Below, in pieces: positions 1-11,647 of a DNA stretch of 64,000 nt. The notes beneath the pieces are model-generated. The model ran no database searches, was not told where the DNA came from, and saw only the letters and a program-made list of their open reading frames with translations. How positions within the stretch are numbered: position 1 is the first letter of the stretch; every line of letters begins with the position of its first letter. A program made the translations under genes and the position numbers. Source of the DNA: Candidatus Latescibacterota bacterium (GTDB lineage: Bacteria; Latescibacterota; CBDEFO01); contig CBDEFO010000008.1 of the NCBI GenBank assembly GCA_965237525.1, positions 224,001-288,000 of the forward strand. Reading direction: 5' to 3'.

Positions 1-125
1 GCGTAGAACTTGCCTACTTTTCCCTCTTTTCGCGTCGGGCTTTCGATCTGCACCATCTCGAACGCCAGTTGAGCCACATCCCTTTGGCTTATACTATCTA
101 AGATCATTTGATCTGCATCGTCCAT
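1..125 (-). CDS. M20-family metallopeptidase/deacylase, N-terminus (runs off the window)
   Basis: Manual translation MDDADQMILDSISQRDVAQLAFEMVQIESPTRKEGKVGKFY; the 'V.IESPT..E' pattern is typical of M20 N-termini; AGGA upstream. Confidence 0.6.
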   Translation of the reverse strand, partial: MDDADQMILDSISQRDVAQLAFEMVQIESPTRKEGKVGKFY

Positions 126-470
126 CTTTCTTTCCTGTATTGAGAGGCAGCGAGCCCAAGAACTGCTGCAAATACAGACCTTCACGTCATCAATGACAGT
201 ATATGTTGAAACGTTTGAGTAGTCAAGAACAATTTGCTACCTCTTTGCAGAAAAGATATTCACTCTGGACGTGGGAATATACCTTGGTAGCACGGATACT
301 CGTATGCCCTGTGATCTCCTGATCTACTATGAGGATTCTCTTTCTGATCACTTTTTTATTGACATCCAACAAGACATCGTGTATCTTGATCAATCAAGTC
401 CCTGTGCGATGAAAGTGCATCGTTCACAAGGAGGAATTCTATATGAGATAGCGCCTTGGAGTATCGTTGA

Positions 471-493
471 TCCCCGATAGATTCAATCGGGGA
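471..493. repeat. 23-bp palindromic mini-element, copy 1 (intergenic)
   Basis: TCCCCGAT-AGATTCA-ATCGGGGA with perfect 8-bp arms; matches copies at 10237, 10358, 12422, 12794, 37017 and 53830. Confidence 0.9.
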
Positions 494-601
494 GGGATGT
501 TTCAGGCGTCTTTCTGTTTGTACTGGACCTTGGAAAGAGTAAACTGTTAAAAACACTGAACTCCGAAGGACTCTGTTCTTTCTTTAAAGGAGGATCGAGC
601 A

Positions 602-2935
602 ATGCACAGCTTCTCAAGAATCTCTCTGGCGATCACAGCTATCCTGACAGCGCTTTTTGGGGCTTTCCCCTCTTCTGCTCAACAGCCGGTCACCAGTGCC
701 CGCGCCTTGGGGATGGGAGAGACCTTCCTGGCGATAGCTGACGATGGAAACGCGCTGTTCTACAATCCCGCAGGACTGCCCTCTTTGGGGCACCATGAGA
801 TTGTCAGCGGATACGCCGATCTGTTCGGGATCGGGATAACGAACAACACGATAGGATATGTCTTCCCTGTAGATAACAACTATGCCCTTGGGTTCAACTG
901 GGGACACCTGAGCTTTGAGGATCCCGAATTAGATTATAAGAAGGACAACTTCAAGTTATCCTACGGGCATAGGGTCTGGAAGGAACTTTCCTTTGGATCT
1001 GCTTTAAGATATATCACCACAGATATGATCCTGGACTCAAACTCGTTGGGGAAAGCCTCTGGATGGGGGATAGATATGAGTTTTCTGTATGCTCCGGTCA
1101 AGTGGCTTAAATTGGGGATGGTGGTGCAGGATGTGACAGATACAGAGGTGCAGTATGATGACGGGGGGACTGAGGTGATTGATCCCAGATCGTTCCAGTT
1201 CGGGACGGCCTATCGGCCGATAGACGATCTGACGGTGGCCCTGGATGTGGACGATCAACTCCATTTCGGCGGGGAGTATTGGCTCAGTGATAATATGTTG
1301 GGACTGAGAGGCGGCCTGCAGAAGGATCTGGATACCTCTGAGCCGATGACGTATTCGGGCGGAGCGAGCATCCGCTATAAGCTGTTCCAGTTCGACTACG
1401 CCTATGTCATACCGCCGACGTTGCCCTCCAGCCATCGCTTCTCCCTATCTCTCTCCTTCAACCTGTATCCTTCGATGGTGCGGATCACGGAGACAGAGAT
1501 CAATAACCTGTTCCCAGCGTTCCACAAGCGGTATGGCGTGCATCCACTGGGGAATGTGAAATTGGTCAACAGGGACGATAAGCCCTATCAAACTACGGTA
1601 AGCTTCTATATCCCCAAGTTGATGGATGCCCCTACAGAACAGCAGGTTATAATCCGGCCGAAGGAGACGAAGGAGGTTGGGGTTAAAGGGGTCTTTTCCA
1701 GTTCCGTCACCGATTTGACCGAGGATATACTGACGCAGGCGGAAGTCAGGGTCTCCTATACGACAGAGCGCAGGATGAGGTCGGACAGGGAGTCGGCCAG
1801 TTTCTATGTCTACAGTCGCAATGCGACTACCTGGGACGATGTGGGGAAGGCGGCGGCCTTTATCACATCCAATGACCCGATCATAGCTGGATTCGCTCGG
1901 CCCACCTTGGTCTCGTTCGAGGAGGAGATCAAGAACCTGGGGCGTGGCGGTAGGAATCTGATGAGGGCGATGGTGCTCTTCGATTCGGTGAACGAGTACG
2001 GGGTGCGCTACATCGCCGATTCCAACAATCCCTACTCCCGGGTATCTGCGGACAAATCCGCTGTGGACAACATTCAGTATCCTGTCGAGGTGTTGAGGAA
2101 GAAGTCGGGGGACTGCGACGATCTCACTGTGCTCTATTGCGCTCTTTTGGAGAACGTCGGTATTCCCACGGCGTTAGTGGATGCCCCTGGACACATCTAT
2201 ATGATGTTCGACAGCGGTGTTCCTATCCAAAAGGCTTACAGTCTCCCTATAGGCGAGAAACTGTATGTGGTGCGGGACGGCAATATTTGGATCCCTGTGG
2301 AGATCACCTTGTTCGGGAAATCTTTTATCGAGGCCTAGCGGTCCGGGGCAGGTGAATCCGCACGTCTCTTAGAGGAGGACAGGCTCAGGGTCGTGGACAC
2401 TTCGGATGCGTGGCAGGAGTATGAACCTTCCCCTCCTAAATTTGAGGGGGAGATTTCCGTGCCAACCAAGGAGCATATAAAGGGAGTTTTCTCCTCAGAT
2501 CGGTCGGGCTTGAAGGAGATGATGAATGCCTTTATAGAGCGCACCCACCTTGGGCCTCTGGGCGAGAGTCCAGAAGATTTTGATCTGCAATTTAACCTTG
2601 CCAAGATCTACACAGCGATCCGAGAGTACGACCGTTCGATCTCCGAATATCAACTGCTTTTGGAGTCAGGTGCGGATCCTGCTCGGGTATATAACAATAT
2701 AGGGAGACCCTACTTTTTGATAGGACAAGTAAGGGATGCGGCTGAAAGCTTCAAGCGGGCTATGGACTTGGATCCGGCCGATGAGGGGATCAAGAACAAC
2801 TTCGAGCTGGCAATTTCCTTTTTGGGGGATGAAGAGCGGATAGCATTTGCAAGAGAGATCGGCGTAGTCGTGCCTGAGGGGCTGAAGGCAGCCGACTTTG
2901 AGGTGGATGAGGAGAGTTTCTACTGGAGGGAGTAG
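602..2935 (+). pseudogene. PorV/PorQ-like beta-barrel + transglutaminase-like + TPR protein, interrupted by an in-frame TAG at 2336-2338
   Basis: Signal peptide; SARALGMG...ALFYNPAGL PorV motif; GDCDD...GH transglutaminase-like motif. ORFs 602-2338 and 2393-2935 share one frame with an open linker. TPR repeats near the C-terminus. AGGAGG RBS. Confidence 0.8.
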
Positions 2936-3159
2936 GGATCGCTGATCACTGTCGATAATAGGAGCAAGAGATGCACAGGGACATTTGTCGGATAACAACG
3001 CTAACAGCTATCATCGCCATTGTCCTCGACGCTGCACCTGCAATGACTGGAGAGTGGGATAAGTTCACAACGGAAGACGGTCTGGCGGACAATGTGGTCT
3101 ATTCGATTTTGGAAGATAGCGGGGGCGATTTGTGGTTTGGAACCGCTGCAGGTGTTAGT

Positions 3160-4461
3160 GGTTATTTATCAAATGAAATCGGTGCACTTCTCTTTCGATC
3201 TTTGATTGATCTTGAATGATAGGTTTTCGACAATCTTTGGTTTCTGTTCTTTTTCAAAATGGATGTATAATTGTTCTTCTTTTAGGTTCCATTCAGCCAG
3301 GACAAAGTAGTTGGTGTAAGAGGAGGGAAGAGATACTTTCTCATTTAGGACATCGATAAAGGCTTTATCTGTCTGTTCTGTGTCCTGTTTGACTTGTCTG
3401 ATAAAATAGGTCTTGGGAATGAAATCTTTCTCGTTTGACTTCTCTTGCTTAGGTGGACGGTAGCCGGTGTATCTCTGTGATGAAAGATTAAACCATTCTA
3501 ACTTCTGATCAACTTCTTGTAAGCTTTTGAACTGAATTCTGTTCCAGAACTTCCTTGAAAATACAGAATTGTTGCCTTCTATAGATGCTTGAGAAAAGGG
3601 CCTTCTGGGAACGGCAAATATCGGAATCACTTGATTTTTCAAGAGAAACTGCATTGCTTTGCTGACATTCCTTTTACCTGAAACACTGCCAATAGTCGCC
3701 GAGCAATTGTCCACCTTAACGAAATCTGGTTTTTCAAACCTGTCAAAGAAAGACTGACACTTCTCGATAAAGTTAGTTGCTGTTTGACCGTCAACCCGCC
3801 GAAAATACCTTAACTTAGGCTCTTTCTTAAAGGAAAATCCAACGAAGTTGACCGGCTCAGTTCTGCCGGTAAGATACTTTTTACCAATAAAGTCTGATTC
3901 TAGGACTCTGCCTCCTGAAAGATAGTAAATGGTATACTCTGGATAACAAAGATAACGAGATGCACCCTTGTTTTTACCTTTCTTCCTTCTCTGGGAAAGT
4001 CCTAAATCTGAAAGCATTCTGCCGATAGTCGGCAACGACGGAGGAGGGGTGCTAGAATATCGATTCCTCCATTCTTGTTCAATAACAGTGGCTCCTGAAT
4101 AGAACTGATAAGGATCGTCCTCTAAGCTATGGTAAATCTCTTTGATTCTCTGTTCGTCAACTTTAGCCAATTTTCGCCTTTTTCCTTTTGGCCAACCCCG
4201 ATTATCTATGGCAAAATCCTGATCCGGAGATTTAGTCCAAGCTGTAACGAAATCATTGGAAACTCTCGCTTGTTTGATAACTTCTCGCTTTGACATTTCT
4301 TTCTTAAAATACATCTCGTTGACTTCTTGTCTTAATACGGCCAATCTCTCTTTGTCCATAGGACTCCGTAGATTAAAGTTAAGACAATCAACTCAACTTA
4401 ATCTACTAATACTCTAAACAAAGATCAAATTAGGTGCACCGATTTCATTTGATATTCAACC
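3160..4461 (-). mobile_element. 1302-bp insertion sequence, copy A (DDE/integrase-core transposase 3169-4359; family uncertain, IS481-like)
   Basis: 28-bp imperfect terminal IRs GGTT(ATT/GAA)TATCAAATGAAATCGGTGCAC; 6-bp target duplication GTTAGT at 3154-3159 and 4462-4467; near-identical copy at 20124. Confidence 0.95.
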
Positions 4462-4656
4462 GTTAGTCGCTACAATGGGACGTGGACGACCTTCACCACA
4501 GAAGATGGTCTTGCGGGCGATGACGTCGTTTCCATCTTGGAGGATAGTGGGGGCAACCTGTGGTTTGGAACCGGTACGGGCGCGAGCCGTTATAATGGAG
4601 AGAGGTGGACAAGCTACACCAGTTCAAATGGTCTGACGAATAACCTGGTCTATTCG

Positions 4657-5427
4657 ATCTTGGAGGATACCGAGGGCAGCCTGTGGTTCGGAACTAACGG
4701 AGGTGCAAGCCGCTTTGATGGGACGTGGACGACCTTTACGGTGACAGATGGTCTGGCGGACAATGCGGTCAACGCAATCTTGGAGGATACTAAAGGCAAC
4801 CTGTGGTTCGGAACTAACGGAGGTGCAAGCCGCTTTGATGGGACGTGGACAACCTTTACGGTGACAGATGGCCTGGCGGACAACACGGTCAACGCAATCT
4901 TGGAGGATACTAAAGGCAACCTGTGGTTCGGAACTAACGGAGGTGCAAGCCGCTTTGATGGGACGTGGACGACCTTTACGGTGGCAGACGGCCTGGCGGA
5001 CAACACGGTCAACGCAATCTTGGAGGATACTAAAGGCAACCTGTGGTTCGGAACTAACGGAGGTGCAAGCCGCTTTGATGGGACGTGGACGACCTTTACG
5101 GTGGCAGACGGTCTGGCGGACAACACGGTCAACGCAATCTTGGAGGATACTAAAGGCAACCTGTGGTTCGGAACTAACGGAGGTGCAAGCCGCTTTGATG
5201 GGACGTGGACGACCTTTACGGTGGCAGACGGTCTGGCGGACAACACGGTCAACGCAATCTTGGAGGATACTAAAGGCAACCTGTGGTTCGGAACTAACGG
5301 AGGTGCAAGCCGCTTTGATGGGACGTGGACGACCTTTACGGTGGCAGACGGTCTGGCGGACAACACGGTCAACGCAATCTTGGAGGATACTAAAGGCAAC
5401 CTGTGGTTCGGAACTAACGGAGGTGCG
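4657..5427 (+). repeat. Intragenic tandem array of about 6 near-identical 120-bp (40-aa) propeller-blade units
   Basis: The sequence repeats with period 120 and only a few substitutions (gtgacagat/gtggcagac, aatgcg/aacacg). Confidence 0.95.
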
Positions 5428-8400
5428 AGTAGTTACGATGGGAAAAGGTGGACGCTCTACAAAGCTGCAGAAGATGGGCTGGGGGGAAATTGGGTCAATT
5501 CCATCGTACAAGATAGTGTGGATAACTTGTGGTTTGGGATTGGCGGGGATGTAAGGCGCGGAGGCGGCGGTGTAAGCCGCTATGATGAGATATGGACAAT
5601 CTTCAGCAAAGCTGACACCTTGGCGGACAATGAAGTCTGGACGAGCCTAAAGGATAGCCAGGGTAACTTGTGGTTTGGAACCAATGAAGGCGTCAGGCTT
5701 TATGATGGTGAAATGTGGACGGAATTCACCGAAAGCAACACAGATGTCGGCTTGGCAGACAATGTGGTGAATTCGATCTTGGAGGATAGTGAGGGGAACC
5801 TCTGGTTTGGAACTAAGGGAGGCGCAAGTCGCTACGATGGGACGTGGACAACTTACACGATATCAGATGGGCTGGCTGACAACTGGGTCAGTGCGATCTT
5901 GGAGGATAGCAAGAGAAACTTGTGGTTTGGAACTAAGGGAGGAGTTACCCGCTATGATGGGACGTGGATGAGCTTCACCACAGAGGACGGGCCGGCTGAC
6001 AACTGGGTTAAGGCAATCTTGGAGGATAGCAAGAGAAACTTGTGGTTTGGAACTGAAAGAGGAGTTACCCGCTACGATGGGACGTGGATGAGCTTCACCA
6101 CAGAGGACGGGCTGGCTGACAACTGGGTCACTTCGATTCTGGAGGACAGAGAAGGCGGCTTGTGGTTTGGAACTAATGGTGGAGGCGTCAGCCGCTATGA
6201 CGGGGAGAGATGGAGGACCTTCAACGTTGAAGATGACCTGGCAGACAATGTGGTCTGGACGATCCTGGAGGATAATGACGGTAACCTGTGGTTCAGTGGT
6301 GTGGGAGGGACAAGTAGATACAGAGTTGACAGGACGCCGCCGGACACGTTTATCTCCGAAGGTCCAGACGGCACGATCGGCGTCGGACAGGTTTTCTTCC
6401 AATATCGCGGGGGTGATAGATTCTTGCCAGACGAAGAAGTGCAGTATGCGTATGTCACCAAGAAGGATGGGGACAAGCCTGCAAGAGCCGATTGGTCCAG
6501 CTTTTCAGATATCACCTCTACCCTCACAGATCCGCTCCCCAGTGGAACCTACACTTTCTACGTTCGGACAGTGGACGAAGTTGGAAACATAGATCCCTCT
6601 CCCGCCGAAAGAACATTCACTGTGGATTTAACCCCGCCGATAGTGGGGATCAGTTCCCCATCGAGCAACGAAATTATTCATGGTAATGTAAACATTCGGG
6701 GCTCGGCCTTTGACAACTCCGATGTCCCCGATTTTACGAGCTATACGTTGGAATATGGGAGTGGCTCGGATGAGGACAAGATATCAGAATGGCTCAGGAT
6801 AAGGGATAGCGCGGTGAAGCCTGTCGTAAATGACCTTTTAGGCATGTGGGACACCGAGGGGCTATTCGGCACCTATGTTCTCCGGCTTAGAGCTGTGGAC
6901 GGCTTCGATCACAGGAGCAAGTTTGCCATCACCATCCACGTGGTTGCGGCAGCCGTTGAGGTAGATCACAGTAGTGGAGGACATATCACCGATTCAGCGA
7001 GCAAGGTGGATCTCTACATTCCCCCCAATAGTATTCCCAAGAGCACGCAGGTGACAATCACTCGCGTTGCGCTTGAAGGTGTCGCAAAGCCCTCTGCTCT
7101 GAATTTGCGCCTTATTGGGATGGCATACGATATCGGTCCGAAGGATCTTGCGGTCCTGAAACCTGCAACCTTTACGATATTCCTCAATGAAGACGACATA
7201 CAGGACGTGCCATATCTTCGGAAGTTGGCAATCTTTACCCGGTCATCTGTGGACAGTCCCTGGGAGAGAATCGGCGGCACGGTCGATGAGAGGACGGGGA
7301 GGATCACAGTAGCCCTCACACACTTTGGGAGATTTGCATTGATGGAGGATCTTTCTGCGGATGAGGGGAGTCTGTCCATTTCGGATGTGAACTGTCAGCC
7401 GAGGGTCTTTTCTCCAAAGGGAGGCGGCTACGATACCAAGACCACGATATCCTTTAATCTTGGAAGAAGGTCAGCGGTTACAGTGAAGGTTTACGATGTC
7501 TCAGGACGTTTTAAAAGGAAGTTGGTAGAGGACAGGGAAATGAATCGGGGGAGCAATGCGGTGGAATGGGATGGCAGGGATCATGAAGCGGAGGTAGTAG
7601 TAAGTGGACTCTATGTTGTGGCTGTGCAAGCTGATGGGAAGGTGGAAACTAAGACAGTGGGGGTGTTAAATAAGTGATTTCGGAACTGTGCATGCTCAAG
7701 GAACGAGGTCACAGGCAGTTGCTTTCTCGAATAGCTCTAACTGTGGTCATAGCTATTCTCCTCTACGCCACACCGGCAAGGGCACAAAGGTGGACCACCT
7801 ACACCACAGCAGATGGTCTCGCGGGAAATTCAGTCGGCGCGATCTTGGAGGATAGTGATAGCAACCTTTGGTTTGGGACTTCAGAGGGAGGTGTGAGTCG
7901 CTATGACGGGACGTGGACTACCTTCACCACAGCAGATGGCCTGACCAACAACTCGGTCAATGCGATCTTGGAGGATAGTGATAGCAACCTTTGGTTTGGC
8001 ACCGATATGGGGGTGAGCCGATATGATGGGTCGTGGACAACTTTCACCACAGAAGATGGCTTGGCGGGCGATGACGTCATTTCCATCTTGGAGGATACTG
8101 AGGGAAACCTGTGGTTTGGAACTGGTACGGGCGCGAGCCGCTATGATGGAGAGAGGTGGACAACTTACACTACATCAGATGGCCTGACGAATGACTTGGT
8201 CCATGCGATCTTGGAGGATACTAGGGGCAGCCTATGGTTTGCAACTAATGGAGGTGTAAGCCGCTTTGATGAGACGTGGACAACCTTTACGGTGACAGAT
8301 GGTCTGGCGGACAATGCGGTCTATTCGATCTTGGAGGATACTAAGGGCAATCTGTGGTTCGGAACTAACGGAGGTGCAAGCCGCTTTGATGGGACGTGGA

Positions 8401-10236
8401 CGACCTATACCGTGACCGATGGTCTGGCGGACAACAGGGTCAACGCAATCCTGGAAGATAGCGAGGGCAATTTGTGGTTTGGAACTGAGGGTGGTGCAAG
8501 CCACTATGATGGGTACAGGTGGAAGACCTACCGCACATCAGATGGCCTGGCAAACAACTTGGTCTTAACGATCTTGGGGGACAGCGAGGGCAATTTGTGG
8601 TTTGGAACTGGTGGGGGAGGAGTGAGCCGTTATAATGGGACGTGGACAACCTACGCTACAGCAGATGGCCTGGTGGACAATGGGGTCAGTGCAATTTTGG
8701 AGGATAGTGAGGGTAACTTGTGGTTTGGAACCGGTACCGGCGTGAGCCGCTTTGATGGGGACGAGTGGACGACCTACACCGCTGAAGATGGCTTGGCGCA
8801 CAACAGCGTTAATGCGATCTTGGAGGACAGAGAGGGGAGCTTGTGGTTTGGAACTAAAGGGGGCGTAAGCCGCTTTGATGGGGAAAGGTGGACAACCTAC
8901 ACCAGAACACAGATGGCCTAGCGGGCAACTGGGTCGAGGCAATCTTGGAGGATAGTGCAGGCAACCTGTGGTTTGGAACTGGTGGGGGAGGCGTGAGCCG
9001 CTTTGATGGGACGTGGGCGACCTACACTGCGACAGATGGTCTGGCGGACAACGTGGTCAATGCGATCTGGGAAGACAGTGAGAGCAACCTGTGGTTCGGA
9101 ACTGTGTCTGGCGTGAGCCGCTATGACGGAGAGCAATGGACAACCTTCACCACAGCAGATGGCCTGGCGGACGATGAAGTCAATGCGATCTTGGAGGATA
9201 GTGACGGCAACCTGTGGTTTGGAACCGGAGGAGGTGTAAGCCGCTTTGACTTGGGACATGGACAACCTATACCGTGACCGATGGGCTGGCACATAATGCG
9301 GTCAACGGCATCTTAGAGGATAGTAAAGGCAACCTGTGGTTTTTGAATGGACTTGCCGACAGAGGTGCAACACGATATGGAAGTGACAGGATACCTCCAA
9401 ACACTTTCATCTTAGATGGACCAGAAGGAATAGTCGGCACCCCACAGGCTTTCTTCCAATATAGCGGCGGTGACAGGTTTTCCCCAGGGACAGATGTGCA
9501 ATATGCTTATGCCATCAAGAGCAATCGGGATAGGCCTACTGAAGGCGATTGGTCAAACCTTTCACATTTTACCTCCCACCTTACAGATCCCTTCCCAAGC
9601 GGAACCTACACATTCTATGTAAGGTCGGCGGACAAAGCGGGAAACATCGATCCTACTCCCGCCAAAATGACCTTCACTGTGGATTTGACCCCGCCGATGG
9701 TGATGATAAATTCTCCATCCAATGACGAGATCATTCATGGGCAGGTAAACATCCTGGGCTCGGCTTTCGACAACTCCGATATTCCCGATTTTGAAAGCTA
9801 TGCGTTGGAATACGGGAGTGGATCGGATGAAAACAAGATCCTAGAATGGCGGACTATTAGGGAAGCTATGGAGCCTGTAAGGAGCCTTCTGGGCGTGTGG
9901 GACACCGAAGGGCTATTCGGCACCTATGTCCTCAGGCTCAGAGCTGTGGACGGCTTCGATCATCGGAGCAAGGACGTTATTACCGTCCACGTCGTTGCGG
10001 CAGCCGAGGTCGTGGATCCCCGTCGTGGGGGGCATATTACTGATGCGGTAAGCACGGTGGACCTCTACATCCCCCCCAACGGTATTTCCAAAAGCACCCA
10101 GGTGACGATCACTCCCGTTGCGATTGAGAGTATGACGAATCTGTCTGCTCCGAACGTACAGCTTATTGGGATGGCCTATGACATCGGTCCGCAGGGTCTT
10201 GAACTCTTGAAGCCCTCAACCTTTACGATGTCTCTT

Positions 10237-10259
10237 TCCCCTATAGAATCAATCGGGGA
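10237..10259. repeat. Palindromic mini-element, in-frame 21-bp insertion (SPIESIG)
   Basis: TCCCCTATAGAATCAATCGGGGA; absent at the equivalent site of the paralog (IFL|NEDDI vs MSL[SPIESIG]DQDNI). Confidence 0.9.
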
Positions 10260-10356
10260 TCAGGATAACATAGGGGAGTTGCCAGATCTCGGGAAATTGG
10301 CAATCTTTACTCAGTTATCTGAGGACAGTCTTTGGGAGAGGGTCGGCGGCACAGTC

Positions 10357-10389
10357 CTCCCCGATAGAATCAATCGGGGATCAATCGGG
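10357..10389. repeat. Palindromic mini-element plus extra half copy, in-frame 33-bp insertion (LPDRINRGSIG)
   Basis: The paralog reads GGTV|DERTG; this gene reads GGTV[LPDRINRGSIG]DQGAR. Confidence 0.9.
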
Positions 10390-10804
10390 GATCAGGGGGC
10401 GAGGAAGATCGCAGTAGCCCTCACACACTTTGGGAGATTTGCATTGATGGAGGATCTTTCTGATAAACAGGGGAGTCTTTCCATTTCGGATGTGAACTGC
10501 CAGCCGAGGGTCTTTTCTCCAAAGGGAGGCGGATACGACACCAAGACCACGGTATCCTTTCATCTTGGAAGAAGGTCAGCGGTTACAGTGAAGGTCTACG
10601 ATGTTTCTGGACGATTCAAGAGAAAGTTGGTCGAGGACAGGGAAATGAATCGAGGTAGCAATGCTGTCGAGTGGGACGGGAAGGATCATGAGGGAGATGT
10701 AGTGGTAAGTGGACTCTATGTGGTGGCTGTGGAGGCTGATGGGAAGGTGGAGACTAAGACAGTGGGGGTGTTGAATAAGTGATTTCATTTCAGGTCATTC
10801 TAGT

Positions 10805-11509
10805 TTAGTAGATCACCTCCTCCTGCTCGGTTCTGGCCATTTTCCCCTCGTAAAGCGATATAACCTCCCGGCTTAATGAACGCGCCTGAGAGGGATCGTG
10901 TGTTGTGAAAATGACGGTAGTATTCTCCTGCTCGTTTATATCCCTCATGAGTTCCTCTATGATATGGACGTTCTTGCTGTCTACGTTGGCGGTCGGCTCA
11001 TCTAAGAACAACACCTGAGGGCGCGCACAGATGGCCCTTGCGATCGCCGCCCTCTGTATCTCTCCTCCAGAAAGAGTTTGAGCCGCCCTCTTTTCAAAGC
11101 CTGAAAGCCCTACCATCGCAAGACACTTTGATACTCTCTCCTCTATGACATCTCCTGAAGTCTTGCGCACCTTCAATCCGTAAGCTACGTTCTTGAATAG
11201 AGTCCCCCGAAACAGAAATGGATTTTGCGCCACCAGTGTCATCAGGTTCCTGTATTCTGTCAGCTTCCCGTGGGATTTGTACACATCCTGCGACTCAAAA
11301 AGTATCTTCCCTTTAGTAGGTCGAAGGAGTAGACTCAGAATATGCAGAAATGTCGTCTTTCCCGACCCGTTGGGTCCCACAATAGCATATATCCCTCCTC
11401 TTTCGAACGAGAGATACGGAATATAGAGCCTGAAGCCCTGTGGATATGCCTTTTCAAACTCGTGAAGCTCGATTATCCCGTTCTGGACTCCTTTAGAAGT
11501 GGACGCCAC
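10805..11509 (-). CDS. tupC: Tungstate ABC transporter ATP-binding protein
   Basis: Walker A GPNGSGKT, LSGGE signature, FLDEPT; context with tupAB. Confidence 0.85.
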   Translation of the reverse strand: MASTSKGVQNGIIELHEFEKAYPQGFRLYIPYLSFERGGIYAIVGPNGSGKTTFLHILSLLLRPTKGKILFESQDVYKSHGKLTEYRNLMTLVAQNPFLFRGTLFKNVAYGLKVRKTSGDVIEERVSKCLAMVGLSGFEKRAAQTLSGGEIQRAAIARAICARPQVLFLDEPTANVDSKNVHIIEELMRDINEQENTTVIFTTHDPSQARSLSREVISLYEGKMARTEQEEVIY

Positions 11510-11524
11510 CTTTTCTATCCTAAT

Positions 11525-11633
11525 GTAGGGGCGAACCCATGTGTTCGCCCAATAGAGACAAGGTATCCTGCAAAATCAATGTAAGGGCAGGGTCACCCCA
11601 CGGATCAGGGCAGACACACGGGTCTGCCCCTAC
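11525..11633. repeat. Inverted pair of GTAG-type REP-like palindromes
   Basis: GTAGGGGCGAACCCATGTGTTCGCCC (11525-11550) and, on the minus strand, GTAGGGGCAGACCCGTGTGTCTGCCC (11608-11633). Confidence 0.8.
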
Positions 11634-11647
11634 GACTGTCTACTTAT

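Larger units (their letters stand above)
2971..7677 (+). pseudogene. Secreted Reg_prop beta-propeller repeat protein with Ig/FN3-like and FlgD-Ig C-terminal domains, split by an IS at 3160-4461
   Basis: Repeats of 'ILEDxxGNLWFGTxGGxSRxDG'. Removing the IS and one GTTAGT copy restores the frame (GVS|RYNGTW). C-terminus 'PRVFSP...WDGRD...VVSGLY'. Confidence 0.9.
7674..10782 (+). pseudogene. Paralogous secreted beta-propeller/FlgD-Ig protein with two frameshifts (~8905, ~9251)
   Basis: ORFs 7674-8921, 8888-9277 and 9274-10782 continue the same repeat pattern across 2-bp insertions; the C-terminal half is clearly paralogous to the 6330-7677 region. Confidence 0.9.

Noticed and set aside
271..556. 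Short ORFs 271-480 and 356-556
   Set aside because: No recognisable motifs; they lie in a divergent promoter region that contains a palindrome copy.
4657..5427. CRISPR array or DGR template/variable repeats
   Set aside because: The units are contiguous coding repeats without unique spacers; there is no cas or reverse transcriptase gene and no adenine-specific variation.
4624..6592. Long antisense and alternate-frame ORFs over the propeller repeats, and similar shadow ORFs across the window
   Set aside because: They are by-products of repetitive or GC-rich coding sequence on the other frame or strand.
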